Below are positions 48,331 to 57,757 of a stretch of 64,000 nucleotides of DNA, piece by piece. The stretch is taken from NCBI GenBank assembly GCA_965248775.1, contig OZ252150.1, positions 5,473,990-5,537,989 of the forward strand, read 5' to 3'. The translations under genes were made by a program, and so were the position numbers. This stretch comes from Anaerolineales bacterium. Lineage in GTDB: Bacteria; Chloroflexota; Anaerolineae; Anaerolineales; JBHHUI01. Under the pieces are notes generated by a model. That model saw only the letters and a list, made by a program, of their open reading frames with translations, was not told where the DNA came from and searched no databases. The stretch's first letter is position 1; each line of letters opens with the position of its first letter.

Positions 48331-50450
48331 AAAACCCGCCAGTTTGGAGCGAGGACGAGCTAGACGGGGCGCGCCAACGGGCAGAAGACCACTTCCGCGA
48401 GTCCCGTCATACCGAGCCCCTTGAGGTCATGGTAGAGACGGTCGACCTGACGCGGCTCGAAGAGTGTGCCCTCGACATGATGTCGGACAAACGCAAGCGT
48501 GAGGTGTTTCGCTACCTGTCCGGGCCACCAGTCTCCGAAGACGATCTCAAGGTGCTCATGCAGGCGCGCTCGCTCGCTCCCAAGACACTGCGCACTGACC
48601 CGGAACTCCTAGCCCGCGTCGTTGCGTTCATGCGCGACTGGCACGACCGCAGGCGCTTCCCGTGGGTCACGGACGAGTGGGAGCCGCAAGAGCATGACCG
48701 GAACGCTGCGATACTTGCCACCACGGCGCTCCTGGCCATGCGGCGCGTTGAGACTCTGCGACGCCATGAGGGCAAGAAGATTCAGGAGCGGCGCGTCGAG
48801 CAGCAGCTCATCAGCAACGATTCACCATTTGATCGCTACCTCGCGGGCGAACGCTGGGCGCTCACGTCGCAGCAACGGCGCGGCATGGCGCTGTTCCGCT
48901 CAGGCCAGACGAATTGCTCGCGCTGCCATGTCCCGCCGACGTTCACGGAGCCGGCATTTCGGCGCGTCGCCGTGCCGGACTTGGATGGCGGTTTCTCGGA
49001 CCCCGGTCGCATGCTGGCGACGGAATACATCGCCGACGAATTTGCATTCAAGGTGCCGACATTGCGCAATATCGCATTGACCGCGCCGTACATGCACAAT
49101 GGCCGCTTCGAATCGCTGGAAGCAGTGATCGACTTCTACGCACAGGGCGGCGGGCCGGGACTGGTTGAAAATGCGCCGCAGACGGACGTGTGGGTGCGCG
49201 GATTTGAGATCAGCGCTGAGGAGATTGCCGACCTGGTTGCGTTCCTGTACGCGCTGACCGACGAGAGTGCATTGCCGCCAATTCCAGAAGCGGTCCCATC
49301 GGGGTTGCCCCCGGAAGTAGCGATCGAAAATCCGGTGCGTGCAATTGTCGCGGCGGGCATCGCCCCGGCAATCGCGGATTCAAGCTCCCGGCGCGAGCCA
49401 AGCACACTCGTCGTCGCACAGGGGCAATCCATCCAGGCCGCAATCGATCGGGCGATTCCCGGCGACAGCATCGAGATCGAATACGGTACCTATTCCGAAG
49501 AGCTGATCGTCGACCTAAACGACATCACGCTGCGCGGATTGCCGAACGCAGCTGGCGAGTGGCCGCTGCTCGACGGCCGCAACGAATTGAATGAAGCCAT
49601 TCTCGCCTCGGGGGATAACTTCACGGTCGAACAATTGCACATTACAGATTACGTTTACAACGGTGCTATTGTTCAGGGGGCCGAAAATGTGACCTTCCGC
49701 GACCTGGACGTAAGCGGCACTTTCCAGGGGTATGGTCTGTATGCGCTCCAGAATAGCGCTGCCTTGTTCGAGCGTGTAAATGTCAGCGGGGCACATGGCG
49801 CCGGGATTTATGCGGGCCAGTCGGACGGCGTTATCGTGCGCAATAGTACAGTGCATGCCAACGTGGTCGGCATCGAACTGGAGAACTCGGTCAATGTCGA
49901 AGTGTACGGCAGCCTCGTGTTTGACAATACGACGGGCGTCTTTATCGCCATGCTGCCCTATTTGAATTCGAAGGCGTCGGACAACACGGAACTGCACGAC
50001 AATGTAATTGAGGCAAATAACCGGCTTAATTTCAACGGTACTGAGGGCGGTGCCGGTTTTGCGCCGAGTGGCAGCGGCGTACTCGTGCTCGCAGGGGATG
50101 ATGTGCGCGTACACGGCAACGTGATCCGAGAGAACGACTCGTTCGGCGTGGGCGTGTTCGGCACGGCTTCCGGTTTGCGTACCGATGTGCAAGAGTACGA
50201 TCAGACGGCTGAAGGTGTGCGCGTGTTCGATAACGACGTCGACGCCAATGGCAACAACCCGGATTTATCAATGAATGAACTCGGCCTGCGCGGCGCTGAC
50301 CTTGTCTGGGACGCTCGCAATTGGGATACGGCCTGGCGTGTGCCTGGCGTGATTTCTGATCCGGCACTACTGCCGGGCATTAGTTGGCCGGACTTCCTGC
50401 GGCGTGCCTATTGGCGGCTGCTGACATTGACTAAAGTGCCAGGCATCTGA
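48327..50450 (+). CDS. chimeric ORF: N-terminal about 165 aa of a restriction-endonuclease-like partner (XamI/SalI-like, from memory) fused to the C-terminal haem domain of a di-haem cytochrome c peroxidase and a right-handed beta-helix (NosD/PbH1-like) domain
   Basis: GTGA start/stop overlap with the methyltransferase. After about aa 165 come SPFDRYLAG...CSRCH...TAPYMHNGRFESLEAVIDFY (CCP C-domain), then repeated beta-helix turns. There is no signal peptide. Confidence 0.6.
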   Translation: MKNPPVWSEDELDGARQRAEDHFRESRHTEPLEVMVETVDLTRLEECALDMMSDKRKREVFRYLSGPPVSEDDLKVLMQARSLAPKTLRTDPELLARVVAFMRDWHDRRRFPWVTDEWEPQEHDRNAAILATTALLAMRRVETLRRHEGKKIQERRVEQQLISNDSPFDRYLAGERWALTSQQRRGMALFRSGQTNCSRCHVPPTFTEPAFRRVAVPDLDGGFSDPGRMLATEYIADEFAFKVPTLRNIALTAPYMHNGRFESLEAVIDFYAQGGGPGLVENAPQTDVWVRGFEISAEEIADLVAFLYALTDESALPPIPEAVPSGLPPEVAIENPVRAIVAAGIAPAIADSSSRREPSTLVVAQGQSIQAAIDRAIPGDSIEIEYGTYSEELIVDLNDITLRGLPNAAGEWPLLDGRNELNEAILASGDNFTVEQLHITDYVYNGAIVQGAENVTFRDLDVSGTFQGYGLYALQNSAALFERVNVSGAHGAGIYAGQSDGVIVRNSTVHANVVGIELENSVNVEVYGSLVFDNTTGVFIAMLPYLNSKASDNTELHDNVIEANNRLNFNGTEGGAGFAPSGSGVLVLAGDDVRVHGNVIRENDSFGVGVFGTASGLRTDVQEYDQTAEGVRVFDNDVDANGNNPDLSMNELGLRGADLVWDARNWDTAWRVPGVISDPALLPGISWPDFLRRAYWRLLTLTKVPGI

Positions 50451-50451
50451 A
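50434..50451 (+). repeat. 18-nt direct repeat AAGTGCCAGGCATCTGAA (copy 1)
   Basis: Exact second copy at 58154-58171. It contains the near-palindrome TGCCAGGCA. Confidence 0.6.
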
Positions 50452-50474
50452 AATTGTCCAATGTCGCCACGAGC

Positions 50475-50502
50475 TTGACAAATCATCCAACAAAGGTAGA
50501 GC
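50475..50502 (+). promoter_or_regulatory. promoter of DUF11/LPXTG copy 1 (TTGACA-N16-TAGAGC)
   Basis: The block CTTGACAAATCATCCAACAAAGGTAGAG is duplicated at 52114-52140 at the same distance from the ATG. Confidence 0.5.
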
Positions 50503-50554
50503 TACTGCGTCCAATGGGCGGAATTTTACAGTTCAATTATTCGTAGATAAAAAC

Positions 50555-51969
50555 ATGTCTTTAAAACTCACTCCAACCCTCGCACTGATTGCTGCAATCC
50601 TGCTCTTGCTTGTTGCGCCCATACCCGCTGCCAATGCCGGCGGAAATCCAAATTTCCAGGCGACGAAAGTAAATAATGTTGGCGGAAGTACCAGCGTAGG
50701 TACAAGCTGGACATGGACGATAACCTTAAAGAACGCAATAGCTGTTGCTGGTAATGCCTTTTCCACCGGAAAAACTATCTTTACCGACGATCTCCCAAAT
50801 GCGAATATTACGTACGGTGCGCCAGTTCTCGGGAATTTTTCCGGGACTTTCGTTAATCCTCAAAACATAGCGTGCGCTATCGTAACCAACGTACTTACAT
50901 GCACGGCTAATGGTGGATCTGTTAATTTCAGAGCCAATGCATCAGTTGACGTCACATTTACTGCCACCGCAACAGCCGCGGGCACCTTTAGCAATCCGAG
51001 TGCCGGCGGCACCTGCAAGATCGATCCCGCACTACTGCATAATGAAACAAATGAAGGTGACAACGACTGCAACCTTGGCACGGCCGATACTGTTACGGTA
51101 TCCGGCGGCGGTGGCCCGGATGCCAGCTAGGACACTTCGAGCAGCCCAACCACGGTGTCCAGTGGCGGGGCGTATGATCTGAATAGCACCACCGGTCACA
51201 TCTGCGTGGATAGCGCCTGCAGTGGCGGCAACCACTTCCAGGGCGAGGTGCAAATCTATACGAAGGACGGCCAAATCTGCATCATTGCGCCGGCGGGATA
51301 TGAAGTGGTTGGTGCGACCTGCCAGGACGCTGGCGGGCGCAAAGACTTCGTCATACAGCACAGTGGTGGAACCAACGGAGCCGCGAATGGCGCAGCGGTG
51401 GTCGCCGACGAACCGGCTGCTGTTGCCGAAGCAGTTTCGGGCTTCCTGATCGGGCCGGGAGGCGGCGAGTTCGGCTGTTCCAACGCAATCATTTCAGTAC
51501 CGCAGGGCGTTGTCCTCGGGGATACCTTCTTCCTGTGCGACGCAGATGAGGAAGCGACGAGCGGCCAATCGGCATCGGCTACAGCCTGATCGGGCCGCGC
51601 ATCGAGCTATTGACGGATACAGGGCAAACGACGTTCAGCCCATCGTTGACGATCTGCCTGCCTTTTAGTGATGCAGATGTGTTGCAGGCGGGCGGGGAAG
51701 TGCTCAACTTCGTGATCGGGTTCTTCGACGGCTCTGCGTGGCAACCATTACCATCTGTAGAAAGCCCTTCGACAAGCTCACCCAGCCCCGGCTGGACGGG
51801 GGGGCAAGTGCGTAGTCTGGCCTGCGGCGAGACCGATCACTTCACAGAGTTCGGTCTGCTCGCCAGGGTGCCGACATCGTTACCGGCGACGGGGGCAGAT
51901 GTAGCACCGGTGGTGTGGTGGCTGGCGTTCGCTGCGCTGCTGGCTGTGTGGGCCGGGCTGTTCGTGTGA
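50555..51969 (+). pseudogene. DUF11-domain LPXTG-anchored surface protein, copy 1 (in-frame TAG plus a 1-nt deletion)
   Basis: Signal peptide and DUF11-like domain. TAG at 51128-51130 is in frame with the next ORF. There is a frameshift near 51574 relative to copy 2. The C-terminus is LPATG + hydrophobic tail. Confidence 0.75.
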
Positions 51970-52032
51970 AATCGGAGAACGACGACGCGCGCCGACGCCC
52001 CTTGACACTGCGCGGAGAGACGGATAAAACGC

Positions 52033-52070
52033 AGACCTCCGAGTTCTTCCAGAACTCGGAGGTCTTTTTA
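52033..52070 (+). terminator. rho-independent terminator
   Basis: AGACCTCCGAGTTC / GAACTCGGAGGTCT stem followed by TTTTTA. Confidence 0.8.
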
Positions 52071-52114
52071 ATTACAGGCGATGGGTGTCTAGAAGGGGAC
52101 TGTCATCCACGATC

Positions 52115-52142
52115 TTGACAAATTATCCAACAAAGGTAGAGT
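52115..52142 (+). promoter_or_regulatory. promoter of DUF11/LPXTG copy 2 (TTGACA-N16-TAGAGT)
   Basis: Duplicate of the 50475-50502 block. Confidence 0.5.
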
Positions 52143-52193
52143 TCCCTTGTCCGATACGTAGTATTTTTCAGCTTGATCACAAATCGATAGAGC

Positions 52194-53520
52194 ATGTCTT
52201 TGAAACTCGCTCCAACTCTCGCACTCATTGCTTCCATTTTGCTCTTGCTTGTTGCGCCTGTACCCGCTGCAAATGCAGGAGTCGGCGGTTGCACTGGAAA
52301 TTTGCAAGTGACTAAAGCAAATAACGTCGGCGGAAGTACCACCGTAGGTACAAGCTGGACATGGACGATCACTCTAAAGGAGGTTGGGAATATTTGTGTG
52401 TTTTTCAGTAACACCAGTGTTATTTTTCGTGACGATCTTCCGAATGCGAATATTTCGTACGGGGATCCGGTTGTGGCAAATAATGTGAATATAACAAATC
52501 CTGGAAATATCGATTGCGCAATTACAGGAAATACGCTTACGTGCACGGCCAATGGTGGGTTTGTGGGATTTGATCCAATTTCTTCGGTTGATGTCACATT
52601 CACTGCCACCGCAAAAGCGGCGGGCACCTTTAGCAATCCAACAGCCGGCGGCACATGCAAGATCAATCCTGATGGAGATGCTAATCTTGAGGCCACTATG
52701 GGAGACAATGACTGCAATACGGATACGGTTACGGTGTTGCCAGTCCCCGGGGGGGATTGTAAAGGCAGCGTCACGGTCACCGATGGCGAGCCGTACTATC
52801 TGGATGGTTGCTACGGCCAAGTATTCGTGCAGGATGAGACGACGACGGTCGCAAACGGCGGCAATCACCTTCGCGGGAATGTGACTGTCGCGGGCGATGG
52901 GGCAGATGTGTGCGCGCTTGCGCCCCCGGGTTATTTGGCAACATCGCTCACGTGCCAGCCGAAGCCAAACGGCGGAGGGCGTGTAGATTTGGGTATCTTG
53001 GAAGCTGCTCCATCTGGAACGAACGGTTCTAGCGCCACTGGGGCTGCGATCACGGGCTTCCTGATCGGGCCGGGCGGCGGCGAGTTCGGCTGTTCAAATG
53101 CGATTGTTTTAGTACCGCAGGGCGTGGTCTCGAGCGATACCTTCTTCCTGTGCGACGCTGTTGAGGAAGCGACAAGTGGGCAATCGGCCTTCGGCTACAG
53201 TCTGTTTGCCGTATAGTGATGCAGATGTGTTGCAAGCGGGCGGGGAAGTGCTCAACTTTGTAATCGGGTTCTTCGATGGCGCTCTTTGGCAACCCCTACC
53301 CCCTGTAGAAAGTACGGTGGCAGGCCTGGCCTGTGGCGAGACCGACCACTTCACGGAGTTCGGCCTGCTGGCGAGAGTGCCGACGCAACTGCCTGCGACG
53401 GGTGCAGGCGCGACAGGGGATGAAAGTATAGCCGGAGGGTGGTTGCTACTTGTAGCTGCCCTCATCACTCTTGCCGGCGGGGTGTGGATCGCACGCAAGC
53501 GAGTATTATCGATCGAGTAA
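52194..53520 (+). pseudogene. DUF11-domain LPXTG-anchored surface protein, copy 2 (68-nt deletion)
   Basis: It is continuous through ...SGQSAFGYSL, then lacks the 68 nt present in copy 1 (51585-51652), which shifts the frame. The C-terminus is LPATG + TM + ARKR in the shifted ORF 53161..53520. Confidence 0.75.
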
Positions 53521-53557
53521 AGCAAAGCGTTCTTTACGATAGGCAATTAAGAAAAGA

Positions 53558-53593
53558 GACCCAACTGTTCTGATACATTGGGTCACTTTTTTT
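53558..53593. terminator. bidirectional terminator between convergent genes
   Basis: GACCCAA/TTGGGTC stem with T-runs on both strands. Confidence 0.55.
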
Positions 53594-53597
53594 AAAT

Positions 53598-55124
53598 CTA
53601 TGGCAGGCCGAGTGCTGCCTGCAAGACAGCCTCCGTCACGCCAAGTTGCTGGGCGGCCGCTGCCAAATCCGGAGGGGGCGGTCCGAGTGCGGCTTGCTCT
53701 CCGCCCTGATCGGCAGGTTGGTCTCCGCCTGCAGGTGCGGCTCCCCCACCGCCGAGCTGCCCGCCGCAAGATGTAATCGCGTTTCCATGAAGTTCCCCAT
53801 AGAACGTTGGACCGATAATGTACGGGAACACTCCATTCAGGCTGCCATCAGCCTGTTGTGCGACTGTCACATGATAGTGGTAACCCAATCCATCGTGGTC
53901 GTGGCCATTGTGTTGATCGAGGTATTCCGCGCCTTGAGCAGCCAGCGCTCCGTCATAGTAGAAGTCTTCAAAGAACAGGCCTGTCCCGCTGAACTCGTTC
54001 CGTGATAGGGATACCACAACTTCGCTCGTGTTCGGGCCCGGGCTTGGCGCCGGCATCGTCCCCTGATTGAGATCGTATTGATCAACGAGCAGACATGTAC
54101 GCTGGCCGCTACCACCACAGCCGCTGGCCGAATTCGGATCTTCGTAGTCGCGAGCCATCCATGCGCTTTTCGCCAGCACACCAGCCGCGAACCAAGGCCC
54201 ATAGATTGGGTAGCCATCCGGCGCAAATCCATAGATCGGTGAGTGGCCGCTGCCGTTGTCCTGTAGCTGCTCTCCCAGACAGGCTGGATGTGCATGTTGA
54301 TGATATTGGTCGCCGGCTGCATGTCCGCCGCAAATATCGGCATCGTAGGCTTCCAGAGCCGGGGCGAGATTCGTCCACACTCGTTCGTTGTTATATGAAA
54401 AGCTGTCCCCCCAGTTGAATATTGATGAGCCATTTACCCAGAGTCCAATCGTGCCTAAACCTGTTTCGCAGACTTGTGCAGATGGTTGGGGGGCGAGTGG
54501 GAAATACGCGCGATGGTTTACATTTGCCGGACAAGATGGCCCGGGTGGCCAATAACCCATTGTGCAGCCCGCGCCGGTATAGCCGATATCCTGCCCGAAC
54601 ACAACTGAATCCCCGGCTGCAACAGATGTCTGCCCGCCGAGAAATTCCGATGTGGCTTTCGGGCGGCCATTTAGCTTGTCCACATCCTCCTGCGTTAGTT
54701 GAACTGTGTAATTCGGTACACCGCTCGACTGCACGAAAACAAACTCGACACCGTTTTCAGTGAGAACCTCAACAGACTGAACATTGACCTGAGCAGCAAT
54801 GAACGGGGAAGCCTCACCGCTTGTATTTAATATCCACGAGTCCACAAGTGGATTTGCCGGGTTAGCAACAGAAGAATCTAGTTCGCTAGATTCAGCAACC
54901 TCTTCAGGTTCGGGCTCTGCGGCTTCTTCTTCCGCTACTTCCTCATCAGTTGAACCGGTGGTTTCCTCAGCCTCTTCAGGTGCAGCGTCGATCACCTCAG
55001 GCTCTTGCGGCACAATTGCCGGTGCTTCAGCTTGTTCCGAGGCATCGGTCTGTTCCCCCAGGCTGCCACATGCGATTGTGGAGAGTATCAGTACGAGTAA
55101 TGCAGCCATAAATTTAATTTTCAT
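53598..55124 (-). CDS. YHYH-domain secreted lipoprotein
   Basis: Lipobox LSTIAC, an acidic low-complexity linker, CGGH...QYHQHAH and GLGYHYHVT motifs. Confidence 0.8.
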   Translation of the reverse strand: MKIKFMAALLVLILSTIACGSLGEQTDASEQAEAPAIVPQEPEVIDAAPEEAEETTGSTDEEVAEEEAAEPEPEEVAESSELDSSVANPANPLVDSWILNTSGEASPFIAAQVNVQSVEVLTENGVEFVFVQSSGVPNYTVQLTQEDVDKLNGRPKATSEFLGGQTSVAAGDSVVFGQDIGYTGAGCTMGYWPPGPSCPANVNHRAYFPLAPQPSAQVCETGLGTIGLWVNGSSIFNWGDSFSYNNERVWTNLAPALEAYDADICGGHAAGDQYHQHAHPACLGEQLQDNGSGHSPIYGFAPDGYPIYGPWFAAGVLAKSAWMARDYEDPNSASGCGGSGQRTCLLVDQYDLNQGTMPAPSPGPNTSEVVVSLSRNEFSGTGLFFEDFYYDGALAAQGAEYLDQHNGHDHDGLGYHYHVTVAQQADGSLNGVFPYIIGPTFYGELHGNAITSCGGQLGGGGAAPAGGDQPADQGGEQAALGPPPPDLAAAAQQLGVTEAVLQAALGLP

Positions 55125-55310
55125 ATATTCGACCTTTCAAATTGCTGAGAATAGATTACAAAATGGAACGCAATCTCTGATACCGAGAGTGCGACGATTA
55201 ATTTGAGTTTGAATTGGATGAATATAGCACATATTAATGCGTCTGTTCGGGGAACCTCACATGCAGTTTTAGCGTCTATAAACCGAAACCAACTACATTT
55301 GGAGGTTGTC

Positions 55311-57686
55311 ATGCATACGAGAAAACTTACCCCCCTAATCGGTCTTTTGATGATTGCTGCGCAGTTCGTACTGCCGGCCATCGCCCTTGCGGATGGAATC
55401 ATCATCATCGAACCACCTATTTGCGATCCCGGACCCTGCCCACGCCCAATGCCGATTGCCGATCAGTTGGAGATCAAATTCCATCGCGTCGATGTCACCA
55501 TAGAAGAGCAGGTGGCGATCACGCGTATTGATCAGGTATTCCACAATCCGAACGATTGGGTGGCGGAAGGGACATATATCTTCCCGGTACCGGAAGACGC
55601 TTCCATTAGCGAGTTTGTGATGTGGGTGGACGGCGATCCGATTGAAGCAACCATCCTAGATGCCGAAAAGGCGCGTCAGATCTACGATGACATCGTACGG
55701 CAGCTGCGTGATCCGGCTCTGTTGGAATACATTGGGCAGGGCGCTATCCAGGCCAGTGTCTTTCCCATCGAGCCGGGCGCTGACCGCCGGATCGAGATCG
55801 AGTATACCGAAGTACTGGCGGCGGAGAATGGTCTGTTGCATTACGTGTATCCACTCAATACGGAACGTTTCTCGGCGAAACCATTGGAGCAGGTCAGCGT
55901 GCGCGTGGAAGTGGAGTCGCGCGAGCCGGTGCGGGCGGTCTACTCACCCAGCCACGACATCGCCATCAGTCGCGAGGACCGTTATCGCTTCGTAGTAGGT
56001 TATGAAGAACTGGATGTACGCCCCGAAACCGACTTCGAGCTATTCTATAGCGTTTCGGAAGAGAGCATCGGTGTCAACCTGCTTAGCTACGACGACGATG
56101 TACGCGATGAAGGTTTCTTCATGTTCCTGGCCTCCCCGGGCATCGCTACTACGCAACAAGTGATCGCCAAGGACGTTATCCTCGTGCTGGATACATCCGG
56201 CAGCATGCATGGAGAAAAGCTCGATCAGGCCAAAGGAGCGGTGACATTTGTCTTGGACAGTCTCAATACAGAAGATCGCTTCAATGTTGTCGAATTTAGC
56301 ACCGGTGTACGCATGTATGCTGGCGAATTGCGACCGGCGCGTGATGCCGATGAAGCAGTTACCTGGGTGAACCGCATCGAAGCGATCGGCGGTACAGACA
56401 TCAACCGCGCATTGCTGGAGGCCACTGCAATGGCGGAGTCGGGCCGCCCGACGATCATTATCTTCCTCACGGATGGTCTCCCAACCGAAGGTGAGGTCAA
56501 CGTGCCGGACATCCTTGACAATGTTGAGCGAGCCGCGCCGGAGAACGTGCGCCTGTTCGCCTTTGGCGTTGGTAACGATGTGGACACCGTGCTGCTCGAC
56601 TCACTTGTTCAGAATCATCATGGAGCCAGCAGTTACGTCCGACCAGGACAGCGCATTGATGAAACGGTGTCGGCTTTTTATGCCAAAGTCAGCGCGCCCG
56701 TGCTGGTGAATATCGAACTCGATTTCGGTTCCGTGCGCGTGGATAATGTGCATCCCGAACCATTACCGGATCTGTTTGGCGGCACACAATTGATCGTACT
56801 CGGGCGCTATCGCGAGGGCGGTCCGGTGCAGGTCACGCTCAGCGGCGAGGTCAATGGCGACCGGCTCGATTTTGAGTACGAAGACCTACGCTTGCATAAC
56901 AAGGGCGGCGAGCCATTCTTGCCCCGGCTGTGGGCGACCCGCCGCATTGGGTATCTGCTCAATCAGATTCGATTGCATGGCGAGCGCGCGGAGTGGGTTG
57001 ATACAGTGGTCGAACTCAGCGTGCGCTACGGCATTGTCACGCCTTACACGTCTTATCTCATCACAGAGGATGACATCCTGACGCAGCAAGGCTTAGCTAA
57101 TGCAGCCGATGAAGAGTTTGAGCGCCTGCAATCAGAAGCGCCGGCGCCCGCCTCGGGGGAAGCAGCTGTGTCTGAAGCTGAGGCGCTTGGCAGTATGGCC
57201 GCAGCGGATGTTGTAGCCGCTCCTGAGCAAGCCTTCGTAGATGTGATCAAAGTGATTGACTCGCGGGCGTTCGTGAACCAGGCGGGTGTCTGGGTGGAGA
57301 CAACTTTCGACCCCTCTCTGATGATTGCCACACCCGTGCAGTTTGCGAGCGACGATTACTTTGAGATGCTGTCCGCCCGACCTGACCTTGGTCCGGCTTT
57401 CGCACTCGGCTCGCAAGTGATCGCTATGAGTATGGGGCAGGCTTTTGAAGTCGTCGAAGAAGCTGCTCCGGCGTTCGACCTTGAAGCTATCCCCACAGCA
57501 GAGCCCCAATCGACAGAGAACCCCCGAGAAACGGAGAGTTCTGAACCCGGGCCTACGCTAGTCGCCACGATCTCTGTGGAGGACACGGGGGCGTCTGAGA
57601 CCGCGGTGTGTTCGGGACCGGCGATTCCGCTTGGGCTGGTTTTGATCGGGGCAGGCGGATCTCGCTTGTGGAGGAAACGCTGCTAG
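55311..57686 (+). CDS. VIT + von Willebrand factor A domain protein with a C-terminal membrane anchor
   Basis: Signal peptide. VIT region (VDVTIEEQVAITRIDQVFHN), vWA MIDAS DTSGSM, and the C-terminal tail CSGPAIPLGLVLIGAGGSRLWRKRC. GGAGG SD before ATG 55311. Confidence 0.85.
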   Translation: MHTRKLTPLIGLLMIAAQFVLPAIALADGIIIIEPPICDPGPCPRPMPIADQLEIKFHRVDVTIEEQVAITRIDQVFHNPNDWVAEGTYIFPVPEDASISEFVMWVDGDPIEATILDAEKARQIYDDIVRQLRDPALLEYIGQGAIQASVFPIEPGADRRIEIEYTEVLAAENGLLHYVYPLNTERFSAKPLEQVSVRVEVESREPVRAVYSPSHDIAISREDRYRFVVGYEELDVRPETDFELFYSVSEESIGVNLLSYDDDVRDEGFFMFLASPGIATTQQVIAKDVILVLDTSGSMHGEKLDQAKGAVTFVLDSLNTEDRFNVVEFSTGVRMYAGELRPARDADEAVTWVNRIEAIGGTDINRALLEATAMAESGRPTIIIFLTDGLPTEGEVNVPDILDNVERAAPENVRLFAFGVGNDVDTVLLDSLVQNHHGASSYVRPGQRIDETVSAFYAKVSAPVLVNIELDFGSVRVDNVHPEPLPDLFGGTQLIVLGRYREGGPVQVTLSGEVNGDRLDFEYEDLRLHNKGGEPFLPRLWATRRIGYLLNQIRLHGERAEWVDTVVELSVRYGIVTPYTSYLITEDDILTQQGLANAADEEFERLQSEAPAPASGEAAVSEAEALGSMAAADVVAAPEQAFVDVIKVIDSRAFVNQAGVWVETTFDPSLMIATPVQFASDDYFEMLSARPDLGPAFALGSQVIAMSMGQAFEVVEEAAPAFDLEAIPTAEPQSTENPRETESSEPGPTLVATISVEDTGASETAVCSGPAIPLGLVLIGAGGSRLWRKRC

Positions 57687-57757
57687 GATTGAGGGCAATT
57701 TCGAAAAGCAGAATGTCATTGGGAGATCCGTCTTGGCAAACTCGCAATGGCGTTCTG

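Noticed and set aside
48327-50450. The 707-aa ORF as a genuine multidomain enzyme (nuclease-like + peroxidase + beta-helix).
   Set aside because: It has only the second haem-binding domain of a di-haem CCP and no signal peptide for periplasmic haem attachment. The switch of similarity at about aa 165 is abrupt and coincides with an R-M operon junction. A rearrangement chimera is more parsimonious.
51560-51600. Programmed ribosomal frameshift joining the second and third ORFs of DUF11 copy 1.
   Set aside because: There is no slippery heptamer or downstream structure at the shift site (caatcggcatcggctac). Comparison with copy 2 shows a simple 1-nt deletion.
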